Below, piece after piece: positions 1-8,023 of a stretch of DNA of 32,000 nucleotides (position 1 is the stretch's first letter; the number at the start of each line of letters is the position of its first letter). The position numbers were made by a program, and so were the translations under genes. The stretch comes from Candidatus Lokiarchaeum ossiferum (GTDB taxonomy: Archaea > Asgardarchaeota > Lokiarchaeia > Sigyniarchaeales > Promethearchaeaceae), in NCBI GenBank assembly GCA_025839675.1, contig CP104013.1, positions 5,880,001 through 5,912,000 on the forward strand, written 5' to 3'. Below the pieces are notes generated by a model, which did not search any database, was not told the DNA's origin, and saw nothing but the letters and a program-made list of their open reading frames with translations.

Positions 1-871
1 TTGTAGATTGTAGTGCTTCTGTTAAGAAGCCTACTGCAAATACTGATCCTGTTTCACCAAAATGAGAAAATTGTAATTTTTCTAACACAGTTCCGATACT
101 TTTTTCTTGGGTGGGATATGGGGCGGGGCTAAAGTCGATTCCTTCAAAAGTTATTTTATTTTCTTCACAAAATGGGGCTGCGATATTTGCAATCTGATCA
201 TAAATTGCCTCAAATCGATTATGGATCTGTTCTTTAATTTTCGATAGTGAATATTGAGTTGGAGGATAATTTTCTAATATTTTAACCATTTCATCTGCAG
301 CTTCCAAAGCAATTGACAGTTTAGGGGCCATTCCTTGATGATATGCTGATGGAAAAAAAGGCGTGTTTGGTTTTACATTGAAAGTTACTGCAAATTGAAC
401 ATTCTGAAATGGATCTGGGGTTGAAAGGTGTTGAATTATTTGAGCTCCTGCTTTTACTGCTTCAAAATTGATACCTTGTTGGGTTGAAGCCACTTGTAAG
501 CTAGAAAACATATTTGAATGGGATTTCATCAATATTGGAAGTTCATCTATTATCATTTTCTGAGAAATTGTTAAAGGTGTTGATTGATCACAAAGCCCGG
601 GGCAAAATGAATAGATTCCTAAAAGTTCTTCTTCCACTAAAGAATCCATTTCTGTCAAAATTTCATGTCGATTTGCCAAAATTTCATCTTTGTTTACATC
701 AGATTGTTTTGAGAATGGTTCTCCAGCAAATCTTATGTATTGAACTTCAATATTAGTTTTTTCAAAACTTTGTTTTAACGATTGGATCTTGATGAGATTC
801 TCCTTAATTTTTTTGAGATCCTTAGATCTATCTCGAATATTTTGTCCTAACGTGATTGCCCGAATTTTCAT
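1..871 (-). CDS. DUF711/UPF0210-family protein, N-terminal ~290 codons (3' end runs off the window start)
   Basis: Absent from the ORF track because the window edge truncates it. I checked the minus-strand frame codon by codon. ATG at 871-869 is the first start after the in-frame stop at 919-917, and the frame stays open to position 1. The translation starts MKIRAITLGQNIRDRSKDL and ends GIDFSPAPYPTQEKSIGTVLEKLQFSHFGETGSVFAVGFLTEALQST. The IRxITLG start and the GIDxSxAPxP...FG..G block match my memory of DUF711 proteins. Confidence 0.55.
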   Translation of the reverse strand, partial: MKIRAITLGQNIRDRSKDLKKIKENLIKIQSLKQSFEKTNIEVQYIRFAGEPFSKQSDVNKDEILANRHEILTEMDSLVEEELLGIYSFCPGLCDQSTPLTISQKMIIDELPILMKSHSNMFSSLQVASTQQGINFEAVKAGAQIIQHLSTPDPFQNVQFAVTFNVKPNTPFFPSAYHQGMAPKLSIALEAADEMVKILENYPPTQYSLSKIKEQIHNRFEAIYDQIANIAAPFCEENKITFEGIDFSPAPYPTQEKSIGTVLEKLQFSHFGETGSVFAVGFLTEALQST

Positions 872-916
872 GCTAAGTACTAAAGAATGGGATAAAAAAA
901 TAAGGTTTCGAAAATC

Positions 917-1918
917 CTAAAGACCATGGAAGAACTTTTCAGCGGTTTTCCAATAAATATTTTCTAAGACATCCATGGGAAGATCTAGTCCGTTAATTAC
1001 GGTTTTGTTGTCATTCTCCGGATCGGGAAATGGTAATGCAAGATTTTTCACTTTTGTTTCCAATAGTGCTTGATAAGTTAAATATCGAGTGAAATAGTAT
1101 TCAGGAATTTCAATATGGCGTTGGCTACCAAAGGAAAGGTCCGTTCCCCATAAAATTCGATCACTGTATTTTTTAAAGAATGTAATTGATTCTTCTCGTT
1201 TTTGAGAAAATTCCCTCGCCATCCATCTCGCAGAACTTGCGTCTACATAATAATTTGGGTAGGTATCAAACCATCTTGCTAAATTATCAAGATGTTCAGG
1301 TTGAGCTCCAAAATGTGCACCTAATATCTTCATTTTAGGATATTTTTTCAGAACTTCTTCAAATGAATCGAGATGTTCTTTTTTTGTTCCATATTTACTT
1401 TCAGGTTGGTAAACTCTTTCGTAATAAGTGTCTGGATCACTGTTATGCACCAAGAATATTAATCCAAGTTCTTCAATTTTAGAATATATGGGATCAAAAA
1501 TCGGGTTGGAGAGTCTCAGTTTTCCTGCTTTCTTTTTAAATTCTTCGTCTACATAATCTATCCAGCGAGGTCCAAACCAAAATTTGATTATTGGATATCC
1601 TTGGTTGTAGTATTCCTGAACCATATTTGCGCTATCTTTAGCGTTACCCTTCAAAAGTGTTTTACTTCGCAAAAACCTCGCAAATATAAATCGTTCTTTG
1701 AGTTCTGGGGAAAGATTTTGAGCGATATCTTCATCTAGAATCGCCAAGGATTTTTTTATATTAAAATCTTCGACATATGTGAGATGTTCTTCTGCTAATT
1801 TTAAATCCCAAACATGAGTGTGTGCATCAAATTTTGGACCAGTATATTTTATTGCGAGATCTTTGAAATCATTTTCCATGTGCTCTTTTCCAAAGCGTTG
1901 TATCCTTTCGGTTGTCAA
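917..1918 (-). CDS. Amidohydrolase-2 type TIM-barrel metal-dependent hydrolase family protein
   Basis: 333-aa ORF with the N-terminal HxH metal motif FDAHTHVWD, then LVHNSD, GAHFG and WGTDLSFG, as in Amidohydro_2 enzymes. Lies 76 nt downstream of the BshC-like gene on the same strand. Confidence 0.7.
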   Translation of the reverse strand: MTTERIQRFGKEHMENDFKDLAIKYTGPKFDAHTHVWDLKLAEEHLTYVEDFNIKKSLAILDEDIAQNLSPELKERFIFARFLRSKTLLKGNAKDSANMVQEYYNQGYPIIKFWFGPRWIDYVDEEFKKKAGKLRLSNPIFDPIYSKIEELGLIFLVHNSDPDTYYERVYQPESKYGTKKEHLDSFEEVLKKYPKMKILGAHFGAQPEHLDNLARWFDTYPNYYVDASSARWMAREFSQKREESITFFKKYSDRILWGTDLSFGSQRHIEIPEYYFTRYLTYQALLETKVKNLALPFPDPENDNKTVINGLDLPMDVLENIYWKTAEKFFHGL

Positions 1919-1994
1919 TTTTTATTCAATTCCATTAATTTTGATAAGGTGTGAACGAAAAAATATTTTATGGTTAGGATGACTGTGATAAAAA

Positions 1995-3707
1995 TTAAAA
2001 AGTGATGTTCATTCCCGGAGGCATCCATGCTTTGTAATACTTCTTATAATCATCATAAATGTGTGAAATTCCATTTTTTAAGGCTAAATCTATCCAGTGG
2101 AATACCGCTTCTTGTCCATGTTTTTCTTTGGTTATTTTTCCAAACATATTACTTAGATAACAAGCAACTATTTTTGATTCTGGTGATTCAGGATGTGATT
2201 TGACATAATTTGTGCAAATCTGTTCAAGCTGTCCCATTGCAGTATGCATTGATGTCAAAATATCTATCGCTTTTATTCTACGTTTATCAAATTCATCAAT
2301 ATTATCTTTCTTTTTACATAATTTATTGAATTTTCCCACATTTTTCATAACATCTTTCAGACCATCGAAAAAGCCAGGAATTTGTAAATCAATCATTTGC
2401 TGTTCTAAATTCCTTGTAATCATCGTATTCATGGTTGTTTTATTATAAAAATAGATAACAGGGAGCATAACCGATGCGTCGAATTTTTTCATCAACGGAA
2501 TTCCCATGGTATAATATCGCGCTTCTCCTGTTCCAGCAATATGTACTCCAATTGGTACCGTGCTTGAAACTAAATATTGTCTGGATTCTACACGTGGAGT
2601 CAAATTTTGGCCGATACCAGTTAAATCCGGATTTGATGTACTTACTTCGAATTCCACTTCATTTTTACACAATGTGCATGTTCCTTTGACAACGGTTTTG
2701 GACCCATTAGACTCAGCGTGCAGTTGTATTCGGTTGTGGTAGCAATTTGGATTTTGACATTCATAAAAGAACGGAATAAAATTTGATGCAATTTCTCGAA
2801 GGGGGGGGACCATCCCTTGGTTAGTAAAATCTTGTCTAAGCGAATCGTATATTTGAAAGTAATTTGTCCGATTTTTCATTAAAATTTCATAGTGGGGAAT
2901 TAATAATCTGCGATAATCTGGATCGCTAGCCGATAGGAAAAGATATCCTTGATCGCTTGCGATATTTGAAAAGAATCCTGCAATATTGAGGAAAATGTCT
3001 GGATATTCAGTTGATTTTGTCCAGCTATTTTTAATATGAAGTAAAGCGGAATCTAATCGCTCTTCATACATTTTTCTTTCCCAGTTGTCTGAAACACTGG
3101 ATGATATTGAAAATTTATATTGTTTTTCTATTTTTCTCAAATATTCATTCATTTCTTGAGTCGATGGTAGCGGTAAATCTTTGATCCGTGTTCCATTATA
3201 TTCGTTTTCCTGGATTGGAGGAATAGATAAATTAAAACCTGATTGGGAATTGCATAATGAAAAATGAGTTTTAATTAATTCTGGATGAACTTTGTCATAA
3301 TCGGCCATATAGAAAAAAGGAAACATATCACCCGCATGGTCGGCAAAAGCGGAACCACAGGCTAACTTATTATAGACAAATCGCTCTCCACCAAGAAATT
3401 TTGGTTGATGGGCAACTTCTATCCCCAGTCTATTTTGATAAAACATTTCTAAATGGGATTGAGCTTTATCAGTAAACAAATGATATTTTTGGGTAATTCT
3501 TTGAAATATTTTCCCAAGTTGTTCTCTATATTCATCTGTAAAGAAATTGCCTGAATTCGTTGATTGATTGAGTCGAGCTAATTTAATTGCATCTTGCATG
3601 GAACTGGGGATGTAATATCTCATTTTTTCTGAAACCCAATTATTTTTACCCTCAATTGCCCACTTTTTATAGGATTGAATGGGATCCGAAGTAAGTTGTA
3701 TTGTCAT
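1995..3707 (-). CDS. BshC-family protein (homologue of the putative cysteine-adding enzyme of bacillithiol synthesis) with an inserted Cys4 zinc ribbon
   Basis: 570-aa ORF. Three blocks match Bacillus BshC as I remember it. HQPKFLGGERFVYNK resembles GGQQxGLxxGPLYTIxK. PFFYMADYDKVHPE resembles PIFWxAGEDHDxDE. TPRVESRQYLVSSTVPIGVHIAGTGEARYY resembles TRPLxQExxIPTxAFIAGPGExxYW. The helical C-terminal third also fits. The extra CQNPNC...CTLCKNE (residues 317-347) is not in Bacillus BshC. Confidence 0.6.
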   Translation of the reverse strand: MTIQLTSDPIQSYKKWAIEGKNNWVSEKMRYYIPSSMQDAIKLARLNQSTNSGNFFTDEYREQLGKIFQRITQKYHLFTDKAQSHLEMFYQNRLGIEVAHQPKFLGGERFVYNKLACGSAFADHAGDMFPFFYMADYDKVHPELIKTHFSLCNSQSGFNLSIPPIQENEYNGTRIKDLPLPSTQEMNEYLRKIEKQYKFSISSSVSDNWERKMYEERLDSALLHIKNSWTKSTEYPDIFLNIAGFFSNIASDQGYLFLSASDPDYRRLLIPHYEILMKNRTNYFQIYDSLRQDFTNQGMVPPLREIASNFIPFFYECQNPNCYHNRIQLHAESNGSKTVVKGTCTLCKNEVEFEVSTSNPDLTGIGQNLTPRVESRQYLVSSTVPIGVHIAGTGEARYYTMGIPLMKKFDASVMLPVIYFYNKTTMNTMITRNLEQQMIDLQIPGFFDGLKDVMKNVGKFNKLCKKKDNIDEFDKRRIKAIDILTSMHTAMGQLEQICTNYVKSHPESPESKIVACYLSNMFGKITKEKHGQEAVFHWIDLALKNGISHIYDDYKKYYKAWMPPGMNITF

Positions 3708-3730
3708 TGGATGTAATCCTTATTGAGTTT

Positions 3731-4420
3731 TTATATCTTTGTGATATCATGAATTTGAAAATAAGTCGGGCATATTAATGCTTCTGCATATTCCACTCCA
3801 ATTTCAAAGCCTAAATTTGCAGCTCGGTTTCGTATCCAGTCAAAAATTTTCATGTTTTTCTTATTTTCATAAAACTGCGATTTATAAGCTTGTAAAGCAG
3901 CGATTTTTTCTTCGAAAGAATCCGATATATCCACTAAAAAATCTATTTTGCGTTGCATTCGAATATGGGAATGATCAAAGTATAAAATCCGAGGAGGATA
4001 ATATTCTGGATAAGAAGAATCTGTTTTTGTTAGCTTTGCTTGAAATTTTGCAGCATTAACTAAATGATGGGCTGCGATATGGTCTGCATGCCAATCTTCA
4101 CTGGGGTGAGTAATGATGGTATTAGGTCGATATTTACGAAAAATATCAGCTACTTTTACTCGATTTTCCAAAGTGTTTTCTAAAGATCGATTTGGTATAT
4201 CTAATGTCACTCGAATGTCAACTTTGAGAATGTCGGCTGCTGCTTTTGCTTCTGCCATTCGCTTTTCTATAGTTCCAAAAGGTGTAGGTTCTCCATTGGT
4301 TAAATCCAATATCCCTACTTTTTTCCCCAATTTTTTGTAATGTGCTATTATTCCCCCGCATGCTATTTCAGCATCATCGGGATGCGCACCCACAACAAGT
4401 ACATCCAGCTCTGTGTCCAT
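3731..4420 (-). CDS. PIG-L/LmbE-family N-acetylglucosaminyl deacetylase, BshB1-like
   Basis: VLVVGAHPDDAEIACGG, ILDLTNGEPTPFGTIEKRMAEAKAAADIL, SEDWHADH and ALQAYKSQF align by eye along the whole length with Bacillus BshB1 (YpjG). The track starts at a TTG (4450). I prefer the ATG at 4420 because GGAGGAG lies 8-9 nt upstream of it (ttggaggagaacataATG). Confidence 0.8.
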   Translation of the reverse strand: MDTELDVLVVGAHPDDAEIACGGIIAHYKKLGKKVGILDLTNGEPTPFGTIEKRMAEAKAAADILKVDIRVTLDIPNRSLENTLENRVKVADIFRKYRPNTIITHPSEDWHADHIAAHHLVNAAKFQAKLTKTDSSYPEYYPPRILYFDHSHIRMQRKIDFLVDISDSFEEKIAALQAYKSQFYENKKNMKIFDWIRNRAANLGFEIGVEYAEALICPTYFQIHDITKI

Positions 4421-5369
4421 TATGTTCTCCTCCAAGTTGCGCCGTATCAATAAGGCAAGGTTTTGTTTCTAGTTTTAGTGAATCGATTTCTCCAAAAATG
4501 TGTCTTCGAACTGTTTCAAAATTACTTTGAGTTATTTCTTCAATGGAATTGAAGTAAGATCTAAAAATATCTTGCAAGTAAACAATTTCTTCAGAAAGAT
4601 TATAACCCGCAAATTGAGCGATAATGTTCACATATTTTTCAATGCGTTTTTCCCCTTCTTTAAACAGGAAACTTTCGGAAGTGCGTTTTTTCATGATCAT
4701 ATCTCGATCTTTGTAGATTACAGGGACGCTTTTTTCAACGATGTGAAAATTGTTTTTCTGGGCTTCCATCCATAATTGAATTGGCATTTCATATCCATCC
4801 AAAGTAAGGTTTAACTTAGACAACCTATCTACGCGATAAGCTTTAAATCCACAAAAAGCATCAGTGAATGAAAAACCAAATGTGTTTAATACACCTGTGA
4901 TAACCGTATTGACTAAAAACCTATCCTTCCAAGGTTGCTGCCAGAAGAGTTTTGCATCTAAATATCGTGATCCTGAAACAATATCGTAATTATTAGTATT
5001 ATTTTGAATAAGGAAATCAACAAATTGGGATATAAATTGAGATTCATGTTGACCATCAATATCAAAAGAGATAACATAGTCATAGCTTTTTTGCTGTGCT
5101 ATTTGAAATCCGCGTTTGATTACATATCCGTAGCCCTTATTTTGAGGTAAATTTAGTACTTGAAACTCAAATAGAGATTGGTGATTTTTAAGAGTGTCTG
5201 CTGTTATATCTGTAGAGCCATCATTTATTACAAGTACATCAAAATTTATTGCATGTCGTTCTTCCACCTTTTCTTTTTCCTGTTTAATTTCTTTTAGGAC
5301 AGAGACACAATTTTCTGCCTCATTATAACATGGTAAGAACAATAGGATTTTATTGATTGGTTTTTTCAT
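4374..5369 (-). CDS. Family 2 (GT-A, inverting) glycosyltransferase, DPM1/GtrB-like catalytic domain with a ~100-aa unique soluble C-terminal region
   Basis: LPCYNEAEN, VLVINDGSTD, FDIDGQHESQF and DIVSGSRY are typical Glycos_transf_2 motifs. No TM helices are visible. The 3' end overlaps the deacetylase gene by 47 nt (77 nt if the TTG start is used). Confidence 0.8.
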   Translation of the reverse strand: MKKPINKILLFLPCYNEAENCVSVLKEIKQEKEKVEERHAINFDVLVINDGSTDITADTLKNHQSLFEFQVLNLPQNKGYGYVIKRGFQIAQQKSYDYVISFDIDGQHESQFISQFVDFLIQNNTNNYDIVSGSRYLDAKLFWQQPWKDRFLVNTVITGVLNTFGFSFTDAFCGFKAYRVDRLSKLNLTLDGYEMPIQLWMEAQKNNFHIVEKSVPVIYKDRDMIMKKRTSESFLFKEGEKRIEKYVNIIAQFAGYNLSEEIVYLQDIFRSYFNSIEEITQSNFETVRRHIFGEIDSLKLETKPCLIDTAQLGGEHNGHRAGCTCCGCASR

Positions 5370-5740
5370 TTGAGACTCCCTCTATTTATAAGCACAATCC
5401 AAGATTTTTAATCAGTCTGCACTTAAAGTATTATTTCTTATATGTTAAAAAAAAAAACCATGTATGGTTAATAATATATATTTTGTTGGTAATTATTACG
5501 TGGAATGTTCATATTGAATGAAATCTGATTAATTTGACCCAAAATATTTAGCCGCATTTTTTATAAGGGTCCATTCATACCCAAATCTGATATTTGAAAA
5601 TTCAGATCTGCCATTTGCATATTTACGTTCGGAACTAATTTAGTTTAGCGAATGTATTTATTTAAATGTTTCTGTTATGGTGTGAAAAATTATTTATAAA
5701 ACTTTTGAAATAATAGATAAATTAGAAAAAAAGCACAAAA

Positions 5741-6877
5741 TTATCGTTTGACATAGATTGATACAACATCCCCATCCAATAAAACATGATCTCGGTTAAT
5801 AAACTTCTGTCCTGGATGTTTTGCGGAAGGACCCCAAATCAGGGTGTATCGATAATTGGCGAGAATATTTTTATGTAATTTTAGACAAAGTCGTTCAATA
5901 TCATCGCCCTTTTTCATGATAATTGGGTCATCCATATCAGCTTCTTGCTGTGGAGGTTTTAAATATATTCTAATTAAATCTAATTCTTGAAAGATTCGAT
6001 GTCGGAGATCATCAATATTTTCTTTATTGAGGGCGGAAATTTTGACCCAGCCATCATGACCTATGGCTTGAGTAATATCTTCATTTGTGAGTTTTTTTCG
6101 AGCTAAGTCTTGTTTATTGATCACTACAAATTCTTTGGTATAAATTCGATTTCCCATCACAAAATCAATCAATTGATCAGGAGTTATCATAGGTTCTGAA
6201 AAATACACACTGGCATTGCTATATCCAAGTTCATTCATTAAACCCTTGACTTCATCTTGATCCATTATTTGATCTCCATTGTAAGAAAAACCAATCCCGC
6301 CGCGAGTTCGCTTTTTAATGACAATTCTGGCTTTTTTCTGGTTTAAACGTATTCCAGCATTATGTAATTCGTTTCGAATGAAATTTAAATCTTCAAAGTT
6401 TATCATTCCCTCATAATTGAAACATATTAAGATCAAAACCAAATCTGCAGATCGCACACATCCTAAAATTTCACGTCCACGACCTTTCCCCGAAGCGGCA
6501 CCCAAAATAATTCCCGGCAAATCTACAAGTTGAATATTTGCACTTTCAATATCCATCATCCCCGGAATTGCTGAAACTGTGGTAAATTCATAGGAAGCCA
6601 CTTTGGATTCTGTATTTCCTCGAGTTAATAGATTGAGTAGTGAGGATTTACCGACACTTGGAAATCCAATAAAGGCAACTTGAGCATCCCCATGTTTTTT
6701 AACATTATAACCACTCCCACCACCAGTTTTTTTGGAGGCAATGGTTATCAATTGATTTCGTAGCTTGGCAATTTGGGCTCTTGTATAATTAATGGACTTC
6801 TGTGTGGCTTTATTCTTTTGGGTTCTTGCCAATCGTTCTTCATATTCACGGATTTTTTCTTCAATTTTTTCGCTCAA
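5741..6877 (-). CDS. drg: DRG-type (developmentally regulated GTP-binding protein) OBG-family GTPase with C-terminal TGS domain
   Basis: N-terminal helical ARTQKNKAT...QIAKLR, G1 GFPSVGKSSLLN, G3 DLPG, G4 NKQD, and a C-terminal TGS-like IRIYLKPP...DDPIIMKKGDDIERLCLKLHKNI...YTLIWGPSAKHPGQKFINRDHVLLDGDVVSI. Confidence 0.85.
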   Translation of the reverse strand: MSEKIEEKIREYEERLARTQKNKATQKSINYTRAQIAKLRNQLITIASKKTGGGSGYNVKKHGDAQVAFIGFPSVGKSSLLNLLTRGNTESKVASYEFTTVSAIPGMMDIESANIQLVDLPGIILGAASGKGRGREILGCVRSADLVLILICFNYEGMINFEDLNFIRNELHNAGIRLNQKKARIVIKKRTRGGIGFSYNGDQIMDQDEVKGLMNELGYSNASVYFSEPMITPDQLIDFVMGNRIYTKEFVVINKQDLARKKLTNEDITQAIGHDGWVKISALNKENIDDLRHRIFQELDLIRIYLKPPQQEADMDDPIIMKKGDDIERLCLKLHKNILANYRYTLIWGPSAKHPGQKFINRDHVLLDGDVVSIYVKR

Positions 6878-7093
6878 ATTCCAATTTCTCTCCGTTGGTA
6901 TCTAAGACGAAAAATGAGGCAAATTCAAAAAAATTTACGATTTATCGTATCCTTTTTTTGTTAATTAGACACTTTCTAATTTTTTTATTGAATCAATATG
7001 CTTATCTTTTCATTGAATTTTCCATTAATCCAGATATTATTCAGTTTAAATCCTGATTTTAATATAATTGCTTACATGATAACTTTTTAACTC

Positions 7094-7100
7094 TATAAAT
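7094..7100 (+). promoter_or_regulatory. TATA-box-like element upstream of the first MscS gene
   Basis: tataaat is centred about 27 nt upstream of the ATG at 7124. That spacing fits an archaeal TATA box driving a leaderless or near-leaderless mRNA. Sequence pattern only. Confidence 0.35.
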
Positions 7101-7123
7101 GAAGTATACAATAGTGAAAAAGC

Positions 7124-8023
7124 ATGGAAGACATTTGGACAAGGTTCGTAGGCATGGAAGATACATGGATTAAGATCATATTTATCTTCGCAATTCTCGT
7201 GATTTATGGGATAATTATATTCCTAATTAACCGTTTCAATCAAAAAACGGCAGGTTCTACATCCACAATTAATGGATTGAAGGTAATTATTCGATTCATT
7301 GCAATTTTGATAATTGTGTTAATAATTTTCTCAATTTTTGCTAATTCAGATCAATTAATTCTTTCAGTTTCTTCAGTATCTGGAATTATTATTGGTTTTG
7401 CAGCAACGGAAGTGGTCGGGCAAATGGTTGCGGGATTATTGCTTATTACCGCAAAACCATTCGATATAGAAGATCTGGTTCAAATAGGAAGTTACCAAGG
7501 AGTGGTTGAAGAAATAAATCTAAATTATACTATCTTGAAATTATTTGATGGTACGCATGTTAAAATCCCCAATAAAAAACTTCTCGATACAAAATTCTTG
7601 AATTTTACTTTGGAAACTGATAAAGCGCTCCAAAAACATCAAGGAATAGAAGAAAAACAACGCAAAATTCCAAAAATGGCCCCTCAAAAATTGAAATGGT
7701 TTGATCGAAAGACTTTTTTGAAATTATTTGGAGATATTACAGAAAACATAATTGAAACAAAAATCACTCGGTATTCTTTCAAAGTTGAGTTGGACTTCAG
7801 TATCGATCCTGAGGTTGTAATAGAAAAGCTAAAAAAAATCTGTGAAAAATACCAACCGATTTATAATTTTAAACCAAGATTTGCAATTGTGGATTTAGGA
7901 TGGCGACCAAAAGTTAAGATTTGGATTTTTTGTTCCAATCCATATCTAATCATGTCAAATCAAAACAATTTCATCACAGAAATTGCAAAGGATTTCTACA
8001 GCAAAGAAAAGGAGGGTGTATAA
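7124..8023 (+). CDS. MscS-family mechanosensitive ion channel
   Basis: Three N-terminal TM helices, then GIIIGFAATEVVGQMVAGLLLITAKPFDIEDLVQIGSYQGVVEEINLNYTILKLFDGTHVKIPNKKLL, which is the MS_channel pore-helix plus beta-domain signature. Confidence 0.75.
   Translation: MEDIWTRFVGMEDTWIKIIFIFAILVIYGIIIFLINRFNQKTAGSTSTINGLKVIIRFIAILIIVLIIFSIFANSDQLILSVSSVSGIIIGFAATEVVGQMVAGLLLITAKPFDIEDLVQIGSYQGVVEEINLNYTILKLFDGTHVKIPNKKLLDTKFLNFTLETDKALQKHQGIEEKQRKIPKMAPQKLKWFDRKTFLKLFGDITENIIETKITRYSFKVELDFSIDPEVVIEKLKKICEKYQPIYNFKPRFAIVDLGWRPKVKIWIFCSNPYLIMSNQNNFITEIAKDFYSKEKEGV

Noticed and set aside
514-756. 80-aa + strand ORF from the track
   Set aside because: It lies entirely antisense to the open DUF711 reading frame (1-871, minus). 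The sequence is low-complexity and Leu/Phe/Lys-rich with no motifs. This is typical shadow ORF behaviour in AT-rich DNA.
2212-4775. Seven short + strand ORFs (2212-2448, 2474-2689, 2560-2742, 3778-4059, 4113-4340, 4342-4530, 4500-4775)
   Set aside because: All are antisense to the well-supported BshC-like, deacetylase and GT2 genes. They overlap each other in different frames and have no recognisable domains.
5508-5600. Possible C/D-box sRNA (tgaatga ... ctga ... ctga)
   Set aside because: The C-box is imperfect, there is no C'/D' pair with proper spacing, and there are no terminal complementary ends. Such short strings are expected by chance in AT-rich DNA.
6773-7056. Two + strand ORFs (63 and 84 aa) across the drg 5' end and the divergent spacer
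   Set aside because: They overlap the drg start in antisense and continue into AT-rich promoter DNA. The peptides are hydrophobic and low-complexity, and the two overlap each other.
7124-7169. Duplicated start region MEDIW...MEDTW (atggaagacatttgga / atggaagatacatgga, 30 nt apart) in the first MscS gene
   Set aside because: It is a real short direct repeat giving two in-frame ATGs. It is too short to distinguish chance or slippage from a functional alternative start, so I note it only as start-site uncertainty.
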